Below are positions 31,835 through 45,971 of a DNA stretch of 64,000 nucleotides, piece by piece. The notes below the pieces were generated by a model. That model saw nothing but the letters and a program-made list of their open reading frames with translations, did not search any database and was not told the DNA's origin. Source of the stretch: an uncultured Alphaproteobacteria bacterium (GTDB taxonomy: Bacteria; Pseudomonadota; Alphaproteobacteria; RF32; CAG-239); the NCBI GenBank assembly GCA_944392315.1, contig CALXWH010000002.1, positions 31,441 through 95,440 of the forward strand. The letters run 5' to 3'. Every line of letters starts with the position of its first letter. Within the stretch, counting starts at the first letter, position 1. The translations under genes and the position numbers were made by a program.

Positions 31835-32824
31835 ATGGACACTAAAAATAATAAAGTTTTTTTTACTAATCCTGTTGATGATGAGCAAAAAGCTTTGCGG
31901 CTTGATAAGTTTATTGCGGAGCAAATTACCGAATTATCTCGTGCACAAGTGCAGAGATTAATTGAAAGTGGGTACGTTTTTGTTGATGATGAGGCTCTTA
32001 TTGATAAAAACTATAAAACTCGCGTCGGTGATATCTATCAGATTATATTGCCCGAACCGCAAGAAGCTATGCCTGTCCCTGAGGATATTCCTCTAGATAT
32101 CCTCTTTGAGGATAATGATGTTATTGTTGTCAACAAGCCTGCTGGGATGACCGTTCATCCGGCTGCTGGGGTTCATTCTGGAACTTTGGTTAATGCTTTG
32201 CTCTACCATTGTAAAGAATCTTTATCGGGAATCGGTGGTGTGGCGCGGCCCGGCATTGTTCATCGTATTGATAGAAATACCAGCGGTGTACTGGTTGTTG
32301 CAAAAAATGATTTTGCCCATAGGGGGTTGGCTGAACAATTTTATAATCACTCAATTGAACGAACCTATTATGCTGTTGTTTATGGCGCTCCTAATCCTCT
32401 TAACGGTACTATTTGCGGGAATATTGCGAGAAGTTCTTATGATAGAAAAAAGATGGCTCTGGTTAAAATTGGTGGAAAATCTGCCGTTACGCACTATCAA
32501 ACAATTGAACAATATGCCAAAGGGGCTGTTTCTTTGGTTAAGTGTAATTTAGAAACGGGGCGTACACATCAAATCAGAGTTCATTTATCTTCAATCGGAT
32601 GCAATCTGGTGGGAGATGATGTATATGAAAAAGCAAAAAAAACAATGATTAAATTGCCGCAGGACGTTAAAACTTATGTTAATTCTTTCTCAAGGCAAGC
32701 TCTTCACGCCTATTCTTTAGGGTTTATTCATCCAAGAACGCAGCAATTTCTATCTTTTCATGCAGACTTTCCGGATGATATGAAAGACTTAATTCAAATG
32801 CTAAAAGAAGTTTCTTCTTGCTAA
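31835..32824 (+). CDS. rluD: 23S rRNA pseudouridine synthase, RluD/RluA family, with an N-terminal S4 domain.
   Basis: Catalytic motif …VHRIDRNTSGVLVVAKND… and an N-terminal S4-like RNA-binding segment. Confidence 0.85.
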   Translation: MDTKNNKVFFTNPVDDEQKALRLDKFIAEQITELSRAQVQRLIESGYVFVDDEALIDKNYKTRVGDIYQIILPEPQEAMPVPEDIPLDILFEDNDVIVVNKPAGMTVHPAAGVHSGTLVNALLYHCKESLSGIGGVARPGIVHRIDRNTSGVLVVAKNDFAHRGLAEQFYNHSIERTYYAVVYGAPNPLNGTICGNIARSSYDRKKMALVKIGGKSAVTHYQTIEQYAKGAVSLVKCNLETGRTHQIRVHLSSIGCNLVGDDVYEKAKKTMIKLPQDVKTYVNSFSRQALHAYSLGFIHPRTQQFLSFHADFPDDMKDLIQMLKEVSSC

Positions 32825-32950
32825 TCTTTAGTTATATACCATATTGAATTTACTTAATATTTTGTTAACACAAAATAGAACTATTGTCTAGGTTGTGGAA
32901 AAAAATTTAGAGTTATATTCTCTTCTTAGTCAACTTTTAGGAGAAGAAAT

Positions 32951-33826
32951 ATGAAAGAACAACTTACTCTAAATGGACTTGACTTTTCACCCGAAGAAAA
33001 TTTATCTCGTTATTTACAATCTATCAAAAAATTTCCCATTCTTTCCTCTGATGAAGAATATGATTTGGCTCTGCAATATCAATCCACCAAAGACGCTAAT
33101 ATCGCTTATAAGTTGATTACTTCTCATTTGCGTTTAGTTGTTAAAGTCGTTGCCAAGTACAGAGGATATGGTTTACCTGTTGGTGAAATGATTTCTGAGG
33201 GAAATATCGGCTTGATGTATGCTATTGATAAATTTGCCCCTGAGAAGGGGTTTCGTTTTTCTACTTATGCCCTATGGTGGATTAAAGCGTCTGTACAAAA
33301 ATATATCCTTAACTCTTGGTCTCTGGTTAAACTTGGAACAACGGCTGCTCAGAAAAAATTATTTTTTAATTTACGCAAAATCAAAAACAGACTTAACTTA
33401 ATTGACGACAGAGAACTTTCTCAGCATGTTTTAAAAGATATTGCTCATTCTCTTGATGTCAGCGTTCAGGATGTTACCGATATGAATATGCGGCTAAAAT
33501 CTCATGATGGTTCACTTAATTCTGTCATAGACGGTGATTCTGACGGGACAACCGAATGGATGGATTTTATTTCTGATTCAAAGCCAAACCAAGAAGAAAT
33601 ATTGGCTCGCGCGGAAACTATAAAATATCGGAAACAGATGTTTAATCAGGCTTTGTATGTTCTAAATAAAAGAGAAAAAGATATTTTATTTAAACGTCGC
33701 CTTTATGAAAAAACAATCACTTTGGATGATTTGAGCAAAACATATCATATTTCCAAAGAACGCGTTCGTCAGATAGAACTTAATTCCATAAAAAAAATTA
33801 CTAAAGCTATAGAACTTATGCAGTAA
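32951..33826 (+). CDS. rpoH: RNA polymerase sigma-32 heat-shock factor RpoH.
   Basis: Sigma-70 regions 2 and 4, plus the RpoH box (…QKKLFFNLRKIKNRL…). Confidence 0.9.
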   Translation: MKEQLTLNGLDFSPEENLSRYLQSIKKFPILSSDEEYDLALQYQSTKDANIAYKLITSHLRLVVKVVAKYRGYGLPVGEMISEGNIGLMYAIDKFAPEKGFRFSTYALWWIKASVQKYILNSWSLVKLGTTAAQKKLFFNLRKIKNRLNLIDDRELSQHVLKDIAHSLDVSVQDVTDMNMRLKSHDGSLNSVIDGDSDGTTEWMDFISDSKPNQEEILARAETIKYRKQMFNQALYVLNKREKDILFKRRLYEKTITLDDLSKTYHISKERVRQIELNSIKKITKAIELMQ

Positions 33827-33893
33827 CCTTGAAACTTTTCCTTTGCTTATTATCTATTTTGTAAGTGAAAAACAGATTTTAAGGATAGGATTG

Positions 33894-35027
33894 ATGAATA
33901 GCTCTAAAGAACGGTTTATTTACATCTTTTTATTAATTTTTCTGTGTCTGGCTTCTTTTGGGTTAGGGGTTTATGTTTTTAAATCTGAAAACCATCTGGA
34001 AGCCAGACCATTGCCGCAATCAGATAGTATTGTTCTAAAGGCAAAGCCAATTATTCCGCAGGATAACATTGTAACTAAAAATTATGTCGGTTTTGTGGAA
34101 GCCATAAATCAGGTACAAATCATCCCCTACATTAACGGCTACTTGCAAAATATCGCCATAAACGCCGGGCAAAATGTTCAAAAGGGTGATTTATTGTTTA
34201 CTATCAATCCTGATGAATATCAGGCAAAACTTAATATTGCAAAAGCAGCTGTTTTGCAAGCTCAGGCCGATTTTGAATATAATCAAACTTACTATAACCG
34301 TGTTTTAAAATCTGGCCCTAAAGCGTTTTCAGAAACGGAAATAGATAGTGCCAAAAATAATTTTCTTCAATCTCAGGCCAATCTTGAAAACGCCAAAGCC
34401 AGTTTAGAGTTGGCGCAAGTTAATTTGAATTATACAGTTGTCAAAGCTCCTATTTCCGGTCTTATCGGCAATTTTACACTTAGCCCTGGTGACTATGTAT
34501 CCCCTTCTTCCGGTGCTTTGCTCAATATTGTACAGATGTCTCCGGTTCGTATTGTTTTTTCATTAACCGATACGGAATATTTGAATCTCAAAGAAAATAA
34601 TCATCCTTTGTTTCAGGACTGCTCTATTCGTTTAATTTTATCTAACGGAACAGCGTTTGAACATTCAGGAGATTTTAAATACACTGATAACCAGCTTGAT
34701 AAATCAACAAATTCTTTAGCTGTTTATACTTACTTCAGAAACGACAATTATCAACTTTTCCCTAATTCTTATGTCACCGTTGAAGTAAACAGACAATTTA
34801 AAAACACCGTTTTAATTTCTAAGGAACTTGTGCAGATGTTACCTAACGGTAATTTTATCACCATTGCCCGAAATAATGTTCCACAACACATTCCTGTTCA
34901 AATTTTAGCTGATACCGGAGAAAGTTATATCATTAAAAATGTTTTTCAATCCGGTGATTTATTGTTACTTGAAAATCTTCCTAATCTCTCTAAAGGCACC
35001 CTCGTTCACTTTAATATCGTTTCATAG
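33894..35027 (+). CDS. RND efflux periplasmic adaptor (membrane fusion protein, HlyD/AcrA family).
   Basis: Signal-anchor, then coiled-coil hairpin, lipoyl and beta-barrel segments (…VKAPISGLIGNFTLSPGDYV…). Immediately upstream of the RND pump. Likely start MNSSKERF. Confidence 0.8.
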   Translation: MNSSKERFIYIFLLIFLCLASFGLGVYVFKSENHLEARPLPQSDSIVLKAKPIIPQDNIVTKNYVGFVEAINQVQIIPYINGYLQNIAINAGQNVQKGDLLFTINPDEYQAKLNIAKAAVLQAQADFEYNQTYYNRVLKSGPKAFSETEIDSAKNNFLQSQANLENAKASLELAQVNLNYTVVKAPISGLIGNFTLSPGDYVSPSSGALLNIVQMSPVRIVFSLTDTEYLNLKENNHPLFQDCSIRLILSNGTAFEHSGDFKYTDNQLDKSTNSLAVYTYFRNDNYQLFPNSYVTVEVNRQFKNTVLISKELVQMLPNGNFITIARNNVPQHIPVQILADTGESYIIKNVFQSGDLLLLENLPNLSKGTLVHFNIVS

Positions 35028-35031
35028 TTAA

Positions 35032-38000
35032 TTGGGAGAAGTTCCTATGTTTTCCAAGTTTTTTATTGATAGACCTCGTTTTGCTTTGGTTATATCTATT
35101 ATTTTAATGATACTTGGTGCGCTTGCCATTAAAATATTACCTATTTCGCAATTTCCTAACATCACACCGCCGCAGGTCACTGTTCAAACAAATTATTTAG
35201 GTGCCAATGCGCAGGTTTTAACCGATACGGTTGCCGTACCTATTGAAAATCAAATCAATGGGGTTGAAAATATGCTTTATATGTCTTCAACTTCTGATGA
35301 TAACGGGAGTTATAATTTAACTGTTACTTTTGATATTGGTACTAATCCGGATATTGCCCAAGTTAAAGTTCAAAATCGCTTACAACAGGTAAACAGTGAA
35401 CTTCCTGATGAAGTTATTCAAGATGGGCTTGATGTATCAACCGAAAATGCAGATATTTTGGCGCTTATTGTTTTGCGTTCTCCTAATCATTCCTATGATG
35501 ATTTATATTTGAGCAATTATGCTTATACAAATATCAAGAACCCTCTTTCACGTTTATATGGGATTGGGCAAGTGCAAATTTTCGGCCCTCAATATAGTAT
35601 GCGAATTTGGCTTGATGTTGATAAAATTACCGCTCTTGGGCTAAGCAGCGCCGATATTATTCAGGCTGTTCAAAATCAAAACGTTCAAGCGGCCGTGGGC
35701 AGTATTGGTTCGGCTCCGAGTACTAAAGACTCTAAACTTGTTTTTACTTTAACAGCGCAGGGATTGCTCAACAGTGTTCAAGATTTCTCTAATATTGTGG
35801 TTGCCACATCTCCTAACGGTGGAGTGACTTATCTAAAAGATGTAGCAAAGATTGAGCTTGGTCGGGATTCTTATAACATTAACTCCAAATATGATAATTC
35901 TCCGGCGGTCATTATCGCGCTTAATCAAACCCCAAATACAAATGCGTTAGAAACTATGGACGACGTTCAAGCAGAAATAGATAAGTTGTCGCAAACGTTT
36001 CCGGATGATATGGAAATTAAAATTGCTTATGATTCAACAGATTATGTTCGTGCCTCTATTGCTGCCATTGTTGAAACATTATTTATCACTTTCAGTCTGG
36101 TTATTCTTGTTACCTATCTATTTTTACAAAAACTAAAAACAACACTCATCCCTTTAATTACCATTCCTGTTTCTTTAATTGCTACTTTTATTGTTATTTA
36201 TGTACTTGGATTTGATATCAATATATTAACTTTGTTTGCAATGATTCTGGTTATCGGTTTAGTGGTTGATGATGCGATTATTGTGGTGGAAAGAGTGCAA
36301 TACCTTATGCTTAATGAAAAGCTCAATGCCTATGACGCCTCTGTAAAAGCTATGTCTCAAATTGGCAGTGCTATTGTTGCGACAACTTTTGTTTTATTGG
36401 CTATTTTTGTTCCTGTTGGTTTAATGGTGGGGATTACCGGAAAAATTTATCAGCAATTTGCGGTTGCTATTGCAACGGCGGTTATATTCTCCGCTTTTAA
36501 TGCCTTGACGCTTAGTCCCGCATTGTGTGCTATTTTTCTTAATCATGAAAATGACGGGAAAAAATTTGTGTTTTTTAGAATATTTGATGATGCTCTTGAT
36601 AAATTTAAGGCTCTTTATGTAAAAATTGTCGGCTTTTTCTCACGTTTTTTACTTATAACAACCTTGGTTATTTTAGCAATAATTTCTCTTATCTTTATTG
36701 CTTTCAAAATTACTCCGACCTCTTTTATTCCGGAAGAAGATCAGGGAATTATCTTTGCAAATATACAATTAGATACCACCGCCAGCATCAATCAGACAAA
36801 TAACGTCTTATCTGATATGACAGATAAAATCTTAAAGATGGAGGGCGTAAAATATGTTATCACTGTTGCCGGATACAGCCTACTTGGTGGCGGCGGTGAA
36901 AATGTTGCCTTAGGCGTTATAGGCTTACAAAATTGGTCCGAGCGCACAACTAAGCAGTTGTCTATTGAAGGGATATCTCGTTCTTTAAGAGATAAATTTC
37001 GCTCTTATCCTAATGCGGAACTTAATTTTTTTGCGCCGCCATCTGTTCCGGGAATTGGTCAAAGTAACGGTCTTTCTCTGGAATTGATTGCCAATAATAC
37101 CAATGCAACACCTAAAGAACTTGATGATGTCTTAAAAAAATATTTGCAAGAGCTCAATCAAAACCCAAATTTGGCTTATGCTTTTAGTACTTTTACTGCC
37201 GATACACCCCATTTGTACTTAAATATTGATCGGACTAAATTGCAATCCTATAATGTTTCTGTTGCAGATTTATACAATACTTTGCAAGCAAATCTGGGGG
37301 CTACGTATATTAACAATATTACTTTAAGCGGGCAAGTTAATCGGGTTATTTTGCAAGCTGATTTTAATTACCGTCGGACAATTGATGATGTCAAAAATCT
37401 TTATGTTAAAACGAATTCTGGAAATTTGATTAAAATTGGCAGTTTTGCAGACGTTTCTACCGAATTATCTCCAACCATTATTTATCGTTATGATTTGTAT
37501 ACAGCCGCAGCCATTACTGCACAAGCTGCTGAAGGGGTGAGCAGTGGTGAAGCCATGGATGCTGTTGAAACTATCGCTCAAAAATCCTTGCCCGACGGTT
37601 TTGCTATTGATTGGACAGCTCTTTCTTTGCAAGAATCAGAAACTCGCGGACTTGTTGGTGCTTTAATTGCGCTTGCCGTTGTCTTTTGTTATTTGTTTTT
37701 AGTTGCCCTGTATGAAAGTTGGATGTTGGCCTTTTCGGTTATGTTTTCTACAGTTTTTGCCGTGTTAGGAGCCTTTATCGGTTTACACTTATTTGGCCTT
37801 CCTCTTAGTATTTATGCTCAATTAGGTGTCATTTTACTCATCGGATTAGCTGCCAAAAATGCTATTCTCATCGTGGAGTTTACTAAAGAATATCGTGAAA
37901 AAGGTAATAGTATTCTTGAGGCTGCCGAAAAAGGTGCCGGTGAAAGATTTAGAGCGGTTTTGATGACGGCTTTAACTTTTATCTTAGGGGTATTTCCAAT

Positions 38001-38202
38001 GGTTGTGGCAACAGGCCCTGGCGCAAGCTCACAAATTTCTATTGGCGTAACGGTGTTTTTCGGGATGATTATTGCTACACTTATCGGTATTATCTTTGTA
38101 CCGTCTCTCTTTGCCTTATTTGAAAGTATTAAAGAATTTTTCACACCCCAACAATCCATTTCTTGTTCTAAACACTCTTCTGAGGAGAACGATCATGCGT
38201 AA
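35032..38202 (+). CDS. RND multidrug/hydrophobe efflux transporter (AcrB/HAE1 family, 12 TM).
   Basis: 1056 aa, N-terminus [13 protein letters not shown]… (the classic AcrB start). Two large periplasmic loops and conserved TM4 aspartates (…[12 protein letters not shown]…). Confidence 0.9.
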   Translation: MGEVPMFSKFFIDRPRFALVISIILMILGALAIKILPISQFPNITPPQVTVQTNYLGANAQVLTDTVAVPIENQINGVENMLYMSSTSDDNGSYNLTVTFDIGTNPDIAQVKVQNRLQQVNSELPDEVIQDGLDVSTENADILALIVLRSPNHSYDDLYLSNYAYTNIKNPLSRLYGIGQVQIFGPQYSMRIWLDVDKITALGLSSADIIQAVQNQNVQAAVGSIGSAPSTKDSKLVFTLTAQGLLNSVQDFSNIVVATSPNGGVTYLKDVAKIELGRDSYNINSKYDNSPAVIIALNQTPNTNALETMDDVQAEIDKLSQTFPDDMEIKIAYDSTDYVRASIAAIVETLFITFSLVILVTYLFLQKLKTTLIPLITIPVSLIATFIVIYVLGFDINILTLFAMILVIGLVVDDAIIVVERVQYLMLNEKLNAYDASVKAMSQIGSAIVATTFVLLAIFVPVGLMVGITGKIYQQFAVAIATAVIFSAFNALTLSPALCAIFLNHENDGKKFVFFRIFDDALDKFKALYVKIVGFFSRFLLITTLVILAIISLIFIAFKITPTSFIPEEDQGIIFANIQLDTTASINQTNNVLSDMTDKILKMEGVKYVITVAGYSLLGGGGENVALGVIGLQNWSERTTKQLSIEGISRSLRDKFRSYPNAELNFFAPPSVPGIGQSNGLSLELIANNTNATPKELDDVLKKYLQELNQNPNLAYAFSTFTADTPHLYLNIDRTKLQSYNVSVADLYNTLQANLGATYINNITLSGQVNRVILQADFNYRRTIDDVKNLYVKTNSGNLIKIGSFADVSTELSPTIIYRYDLYTAAAITAQAAEGVSSGEAMDAVETIAQKSLPDGFAIDWTALSLQESETRGLVGALIALAVVFCYLFLVALYESWMLAFSVMFSTVFAVLGAFIGLHLFGLPLSIYAQLGVILLIGLAAKNAILIVEFTKEYREKGNSILEAAEKGAGERFRAVLMTALTFILGVFPMVVATGPGASSQISIGVTVFFGMIIATLIGIIFVPSLFALFESIKEFFTPQQSISCSKHSSEENDHA

Positions 38203-39595
38203 TTTTGTTTTACTTGTGTTTTTGTTTTCATTGCAGGCTTGTCATGTCGGAGAAGATTATTCTTCTAATTTTCCTCTTTCTGACAATGACGTCAAAAGCA
38301 ATTTAGAACTAACCGAAACCGCAAATATTATTTCTCCTGAGTGGTATGAAATTTTTAAAGACAATGTTTTAAATACACTGATTCAAGATGCATTAAAGCA
38401 GAATTTATCTCTTGAACAAGCTAAACAACGTTTACGACAATCTCGTTATTCCTATCTTATCAACTCAACAACGACTTTGCCCATGGTAAATGCTTCCGGA
38501 GAATATGAATTTAGTAAAGCTAGCAGTAATCAAGATTATGCGTATGATATTAACGCTTTTAAAATAGGTGTTGATGCCTCGTGGGAATTGGACATTTGGG
38601 GCAAAGGGCAATATATTTCTGACCAATATTATGAAATGATGCAGGGTGCACAATATTCTATAGCAAATCTTAAAGTTTCTATTACAACTGAAATAGTCCT
38701 AAATTATGTTAATTTGCGCGCTTATCAGGAAAAACTCAGAATTACAAAGCAAAACTTAACTTTACAAAAAGAGATTCTTGATACGGTGATTAGTCAACAT
38801 AAATCTGGAATTGCTGATGATTTAGCTCTTAATCAAGCCGAGTATACAGTAGAAATAACGAAAGCCTCTATTCCAAATTTAGAGTATCAAATTGAAACTT
38901 ATAAAAATGCATTGGCTGTTCTGCTCGGATGTGCCCCTGATAAACTTCCTGTTAATTTAGATACTCCAAAAAAGAATATTGTTTCTACTGCTTTTCGTTT
39001 TGATACAAAAAAACTTAACCAATTGCCTCTTAGCGTTATCCGTTTACGTCCTGATATCCTTGTTTCTGAGGCAAATATTAGAAAACAAAATGCTGCTGTT
39101 AATGAGGCTATCACAAATTTATATCCCGATATTACCTTAAATGCTATGTTTGGCTTTATTTCTTCCAGCGGACATTCTCTTTTTAACAAAGATAGCCAGA
39201 TTTATGGATATACTCCCGGATTTACTATACCAATTTGGAATTGGAAACAACTCATCAATAATATTGAACTGCAGAAAAGTGCTAAGGAAGAGTACGTTTT
39301 AAACTACAACGAAGCTGTATTAACAGCTCTAACTGAAATTAAAAATGCTACGACTGCCGTGAAACAAACTTATAAAGCCAATCAATTTTATCTTTCTTCT
39401 GTATCTAAAATGCTACGCATCTTAGATTTGACACAAACGAAATATAAAAATGGTCTGAGCACCTTTACAGATGTTGCAACAGCTGAACAAAATTTATTAC
39501 AAGCACAATTGGAACTTATTGGTAATAATGCAGAAATATTGCAAAATTTGGCCGCTTTTTATAAAGCTGTCGGTGGTGGCTATAATTTTATCTAA
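38195..39595 (+). CDS. RND outer membrane factor lipoprotein (NodT/OprM family).
   Basis: Lipobox LFSLQAC, two OEP repeats. Start ATG 38195 with RBS gaggag, overlapping the acrB-like stop by 8 nt. This completes the tripartite pump. Confidence 0.8.
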   Translation: MRNFVLLVFLFSLQACHVGEDYSSNFPLSDNDVKSNLELTETANIISPEWYEIFKDNVLNTLIQDALKQNLSLEQAKQRLRQSRYSYLINSTTTLPMVNASGEYEFSKASSNQDYAYDINAFKIGVDASWELDIWGKGQYISDQYYEMMQGAQYSIANLKVSITTEIVLNYVNLRAYQEKLRITKQNLTLQKEILDTVISQHKSGIADDLALNQAEYTVEITKASIPNLEYQIETYKNALAVLLGCAPDKLPVNLDTPKKNIVSTAFRFDTKKLNQLPLSVIRLRPDILVSEANIRKQNAAVNEAITNLYPDITLNAMFGFISSSGHSLFNKDSQIYGYTPGFTIPIWNWKQLINNIELQKSAKEEYVLNYNEAVLTALTEIKNATTAVKQTYKANQFYLSSVSKMLRILDLTQTKYKNGLSTFTDVATAEQNLLQAQLELIGNNAEILQNLAAFYKAVGGGYNFI

Positions 39596-40051
39596 TCAAG
39601 GATATGTGCTATCTAACGGAGCATCTTGGTTAACACTTTGCGGTTTGTAAACAAATAAATTTGTTGTTCCCGGAATATCTGTTGTTCTTTCAACATACCC
39701 TTTTCTTAGCATACATTTTTGGTATTTTCTTGGGCTTGCATCCGTATCATCTCTAACTGAATTTACCAATATGGGCATGGCTCCAGGGTATGGAACAAAG
39801 CTCGCCCATATTCCATGCTCCTTGTGCCATTTTACAACAATATCATATCTTTGTTCTTCTGTATAAAACCAACTCTTAAAATTCGGAAAAAACTTAAAAG
39901 CCTCAGCTTCTCTCATACATTCTGAGTGATCTCTTGCAAATTTTCCACCGCCTGTATTATATCTATCCCAATGAAAAACTACTTGCCCCTCTGTTGTGGT
40001 TGTGCAGGAGCTTAAAAAGAGAAATGATAGAATTAAATACAGTTTTTTCAT
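39596..40051 (-). CDS. Hypothetical lipoprotein (151 aa).
   Basis: MKKLYLILSFLFLSSC lipoprotein signal. No known domain. Confidence 0.5.
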   Translation of the reverse strand: MKKLYLILSFLFLSSCTTTTEGQVVFHWDRYNTGGGKFARDHSECMREAEAFKFFPNFKSWFYTEEQRYDIVVKWHKEHGIWASFVPYPGAMPILVNSVRDDTDASPRKYQKCMLRKGYVERTTDIPGTTNLFVYKPQSVNQDAPLDSTYP

Positions 40052-40053
40052 AT

Positions 40054-40726
40054 TTAAAAATCCAAATTTGCATAATTACTTGAAGGTGTTATTCCGCGAA
40101 TATTGTCTTTTAGTATTTCTTTAAAACTCGGTCTGGACTTTATCTTTGCATACCATAATTTGGCATTTTTATATTCATTCCACGGAATATCGCCCAAATA
40201 ATCTACAATTGATAGGTGGGCTGCCACGGTTAAATCTGCCAGACTCAATTCCTTTCCCGCGAGATAATTGTTTCTGTCGGCTAAATAATCTACATATTCC
40301 ATATGAAATTTGAGATTGTTTAATCCAGCTTTTAATATCTTTGAATTTGGGGCTTGTTTATACTGAAAACGTTTGATAATTTTTTCTGCCACAATATATT
40401 TGTAGACTTCATTATAAAATTTTGTATCAAACCACTCCATAATTCTTCTTACTTCTGCTCGTGAAATAGTATCCTCCGGCAATAATTTATATTGAGGATT
40501 ACTTTCTTCCAAATACTCTGTAATAGCATAGTTTCCGGCTATTACCTTACCATCAAAAACGAGTATAGGTAAATCTCCTCCGGGATTTATATCCAACATT
40601 TCTTGAGACATTTTCCACGGCTCTTCTTCTTTTAATACAAAAAGCATTTTCTTTTCGGTCATTATTAGTCTTATTTTCCGTGATTGCGGTGATATGCTGT
40701 GATGAACTAAAAGAACCATTTTACCC
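40054..40726 (-). CDS. Glutathione S-transferase family protein.
   Basis: N-terminal thioredoxin-like GST motif (…SISPQSRKIRLIM…) and a C-terminal helical domain. The start is ambiguous (40717-40773). Confidence 0.65.
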
Positions 40727-40783
40727 ATTTCTCCTTTTTTTCGTATGTTAACTTTCTCTTTTTGCTTTTGCAAGTATTATGTT

Positions 40784-41743
40784 TTATTTTACTTCAGCAG
40801 GCTGTTTCTGTATTTCTTCTGCCTTATTTTCCGAATTTGTTTCTTCCGGCTGTGATACGTTTATATATGTCGGGGGAACAATTCCTGCTGTGTTTTCTTT
40901 ATAGATATTCAATAATTCTTGCATTCCTTCTTCTTTTGCCTTTGCATATGAAGCACTTTTTAAATATTTTTTCAAATAAGATACACGCTGGTGATTTGCC
41001 ACTTCAGGTCTTACCCTCAAGAACATTGGCATTTTCCAAATCGGCATTTTGCTATATGCGACGTAATCATGTATTCCTAATTTATACAATTCTATTTGAC
41101 TGGGGTAATAGCTGCCAACAACATAATCAACTTCCCCAGTTAATAGTTTTTTATATGCTTCTGGAAAATCTTTTACCTTTGTTATTCCTAAATTTTCAAA
41201 ATCTTTTATAACAAAACTAGAGAAATAATCTTGTTCTGCATATACGCCTTTATAGTTTTTTAATTCTGCTCTTGTTTTTAAATTTAAGGTCTTTTTTGCT
41301 GATGTTATTACATGTACATTATTTTCAAAAAAAGCTGGATAGATATATTGATTTTTTGTGTATGGAATATTCTCATAGTAAGTCGCAAATAATCCTTTTA
41401 TGCTGTCATCACCTTTTTCAAATAAATCTGCACTTTGTGCGTAACTCCTCATTGGATATTTTAGAATAATAACAATATGTTCTTTTTCGGCTAAATCATT
41501 AAATATTTTTTCAAAAACTGAACCTTGGCGTCTTGATGACCATGGAAATATATCTGGATTTGCAATTAATTCAATATCAAAACGATCTTTCCAGTCGTAC
41601 CGATGCGCACTTCCCGTATATCTTGGCTCATTATACCCATTCTCTTCTTTGCCAATCATTCTTATTATACTATCTTCCGCGGCTTGAATATTTGAGCATG
41701 TTAATGTTAAAAATGCTAAAGATAAGTACAATATTTTTTTCAT
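40784..41743 (-). CDS. Periplasmic solute-binding protein-like (type 2 periplasmic binding fold, family-3-like), an orphan.
   Basis: Signal peptide then a bilobed SBP-like sequence. No permease or ATPase genes are adjacent. Confidence 0.5.
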   Translation of the reverse strand: MKKILYLSLAFLTLTCSNIQAAEDSIIRMIGKEENGYNEPRYTGSAHRYDWKDRFDIELIANPDIFPWSSRRQGSVFEKIFNDLAEKEHIVIILKYPMRSYAQSADLFEKGDDSIKGLFATYYENIPYTKNQYIYPAFFENNVHVITSAKKTLNLKTRAELKNYKGVYAEQDYFSSFVIKDFENLGITKVKDFPEAYKKLLTGEVDYVVGSYYPSQIELYKLGIHDYVAYSKMPIWKMPMFLRVRPEVANHQRVSYLKKYLKSASYAKAKEEGMQELLNIYKENTAGIVPPTYINVSQPEETNSENKAEEIQKQPAEVK

Positions 41744-41920
41744 ATTTCCCCCATGATTAAAAAAGAATCTTTAATTGTTTAAACTATACTGTTATTATGT
41801 TAAAAAATGATTTATCTGATTTGTATTTAGTCTGGTAGATTAGTTTTATAATTTTTTATAGGTGTGTCATTGACTGATAATGCAGATATAATTTACAAAA
41901 GTTTGTTCTTAAGCAACGAG

Positions 41921-42667
41921 ATGCCTCGTAATATATCTATTATTATCTCAGGGGCGGAGAGAATCGGTTCATCTTGGTGTGCTCTTAGTTTAGCTCATGC
42001 TCTGAATTTGGATAAAAAAAAGGTATTACTTGTAGATGGTAATGGCAAATTCTCCAATATTGCTTCCTATCTCATTTTGCAAAAAAATTTATTTATAGAA
42101 GATTATATTAGTGGTAAAAAAACACTTAATCAGCTTGTCATTCCGTATAGAAATAAAAATTTCCATCTTCTTACCGCACAGCAGGGAAATAACTATTTAT
42201 CTGAATTACCTTTGGGAAGAATACAAATTTTTTCGGAAGATTTACAAATTCTTGCTGAAAATTATAATCACACAATTATTGATATTGGTACAGAATTAAA
42301 CAGCAAAAATTTAAGCCTTTGCCAAATTGCAGATAATATTTTAATTATGTCTTCTGAAAATAATGCAGATTTAATTAAAACCTTTGATCTTATTAAATTT
42401 CTTAACGAAACCAATATTGATGCTAATTATAATTTAATAATTAACAAGGTAAATTCTTTTGAGGATGGATATAAAAGCTATGAAAAACTGAGTAAAGCCT
42501 CTGACCGAACAGGATTGCGATGTCCTGATTTATTAGGTATTATTCGCATTGATACAAGAATACGTGATACTATTCGTAACAAAGAGCTATTGCTATCACG
42601 CTATCCAACATCAGAGGCTGCTCTTGATATTATTCATATTGCGAAAAAATTATATCAGGGGATTTAA
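41921..42667 (+). CDS. ParA/MinD-like P-loop ATPase homolog with a deviant Walker A that lacks the lysine.
   Basis: MPRNISIIISGAERIGSSWCALSLAHAL aligns to the ParA/MinD N-terminus (…KGGVGKTT…), with KGG replaced by AER and GKT by GSS. Downstream hhhhD Walker B-like segment (KVLLVDGN). The ORF track begins at GTG 41864. Confidence 0.55.
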   Translation: MPRNISIIISGAERIGSSWCALSLAHALNLDKKKVLLVDGNGKFSNIASYLILQKNLFIEDYISGKKTLNQLVIPYRNKNFHLLTAQQGNNYLSELPLGRIQIFSEDLQILAENYNHTIIDIGTELNSKNLSLCQIADNILIMSSENNADLIKTFDLIKFLNETNIDANYNLIINKVNSFEDGYKSYEKLSKASDRTGLRCPDLLGIIRIDTRIRDTIRNKELLLSRYPTSEAALDIIHIAKKLYQGI

Positions 42668-42668
42668 T

Positions 42669-44965
<2,297 letters not shown>

Positions 44966-44986
44966 CTGCTAAAGAGGAGAACTTAT

Positions 44987-45940
44987 ATGGCCACAACAAA
45001 GAAAACTGATAAAAAAGATGATTTACTTTCTGCCTTTTTAAAAGAAAACAAAAAAGATGGTATTCGCGTTTTTGTAGCCGGAGGTTCACGAGGCGGGCAC
45101 AATCCTGTTTATGTCAAAGAGGCTTATACCCTAGGTAAAAAAATTGTAGAAATGGGCTTTAAGCTTGATTTTGGCCTTTCTAATGCTGGTATTATGGGCG
45201 CTGTTGCCAAAGGTGTTATGGATGCGTGGAATCAAAAACAGCATTCTGATACACCTGATTTTCCTATTCAAGGCATTACTACTGAAGAGTATTATAAACT
45301 TTATGATTCTGATGATGCCATGTTGAAACATATCAATGTTATTTTTGCTAAAACTTTGGAAGAGAGAAAACGCCGCTTACTTAACGCTGATTTTGTTGTT
45401 TTTGCTCCAGGAGGCGTCGGAACATTGGACGAACTTGCTTACGATTGTGTGGCCATGCAAGATGGCCTTTTGCAAAAGAAACCCTTCATCCTTTATAATA
45501 TAAGTGGTTTCTTCCACCATCTCCTTGAGTATTTAAAAGCTATTTCTAATAAGGGGTTTTCTGATCCTGTTCCTTTTGTGGTGGTTGATAATGATTTTGA
45601 ATTAGAGGTTGCGTTCAGTCTATTGAAGAATCGTTATTACAAAAGTGAAAACGATAGTGGGGTTTATGATAATACTCGCCAACTTGTTTATGAGCTGCCT
45701 TATTTTATTCAACAACGTCAGAAAACAGGTAAGGATGTTGTGGATATTATTCGTGAGGTTTGTAGTATTCGGGGCTTGGGCGATGATGAAGAAAAAGCTG
45801 CTCTTGATAATGAAATTGAAACAGCTTATTTGGAAAAAGAAATTGAAAGAATGTATGATCGCTTGGCCAAAACTGGCCGTGATACATCTGTGGTTAGTTA
45901 TAAATTGTCTCGCTTAAAGAGAAGACAAGGAAAGTTATAG
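44987..45940 (+). CDS. LOG-family (TIGR00730) nucleotide-binding protein with a ~110-aa C-terminal extension.
   Basis: Rossmann-like …VFVAGGSRGGHNPVY… and PGGVGTLDEL motifs of the LOG / lysine decarboxylase-like family. 317 aa, longer than canonical LOG. Confidence 0.65.
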   Translation: MATTKKTDKKDDLLSAFLKENKKDGIRVFVAGGSRGGHNPVYVKEAYTLGKKIVEMGFKLDFGLSNAGIMGAVAKGVMDAWNQKQHSDTPDFPIQGITTEEYYKLYDSDDAMLKHINVIFAKTLEERKRRLLNADFVVFAPGGVGTLDELAYDCVAMQDGLLQKKPFILYNISGFFHHLLEYLKAISNKGFSDPVPFVVVDNDFELEVAFSLLKNRYYKSENDSGVYDNTRQLVYELPYFIQQRQKTGKDVVDIIREVCSIRGLGDDEEKAALDNEIETAYLEKEIERMYDRLAKTGRDTSVVSYKLSRLKRRQGKL

Positions 45941-45971
45941 GTAATCTTTCTATATCTATTTTGCTTACTTT

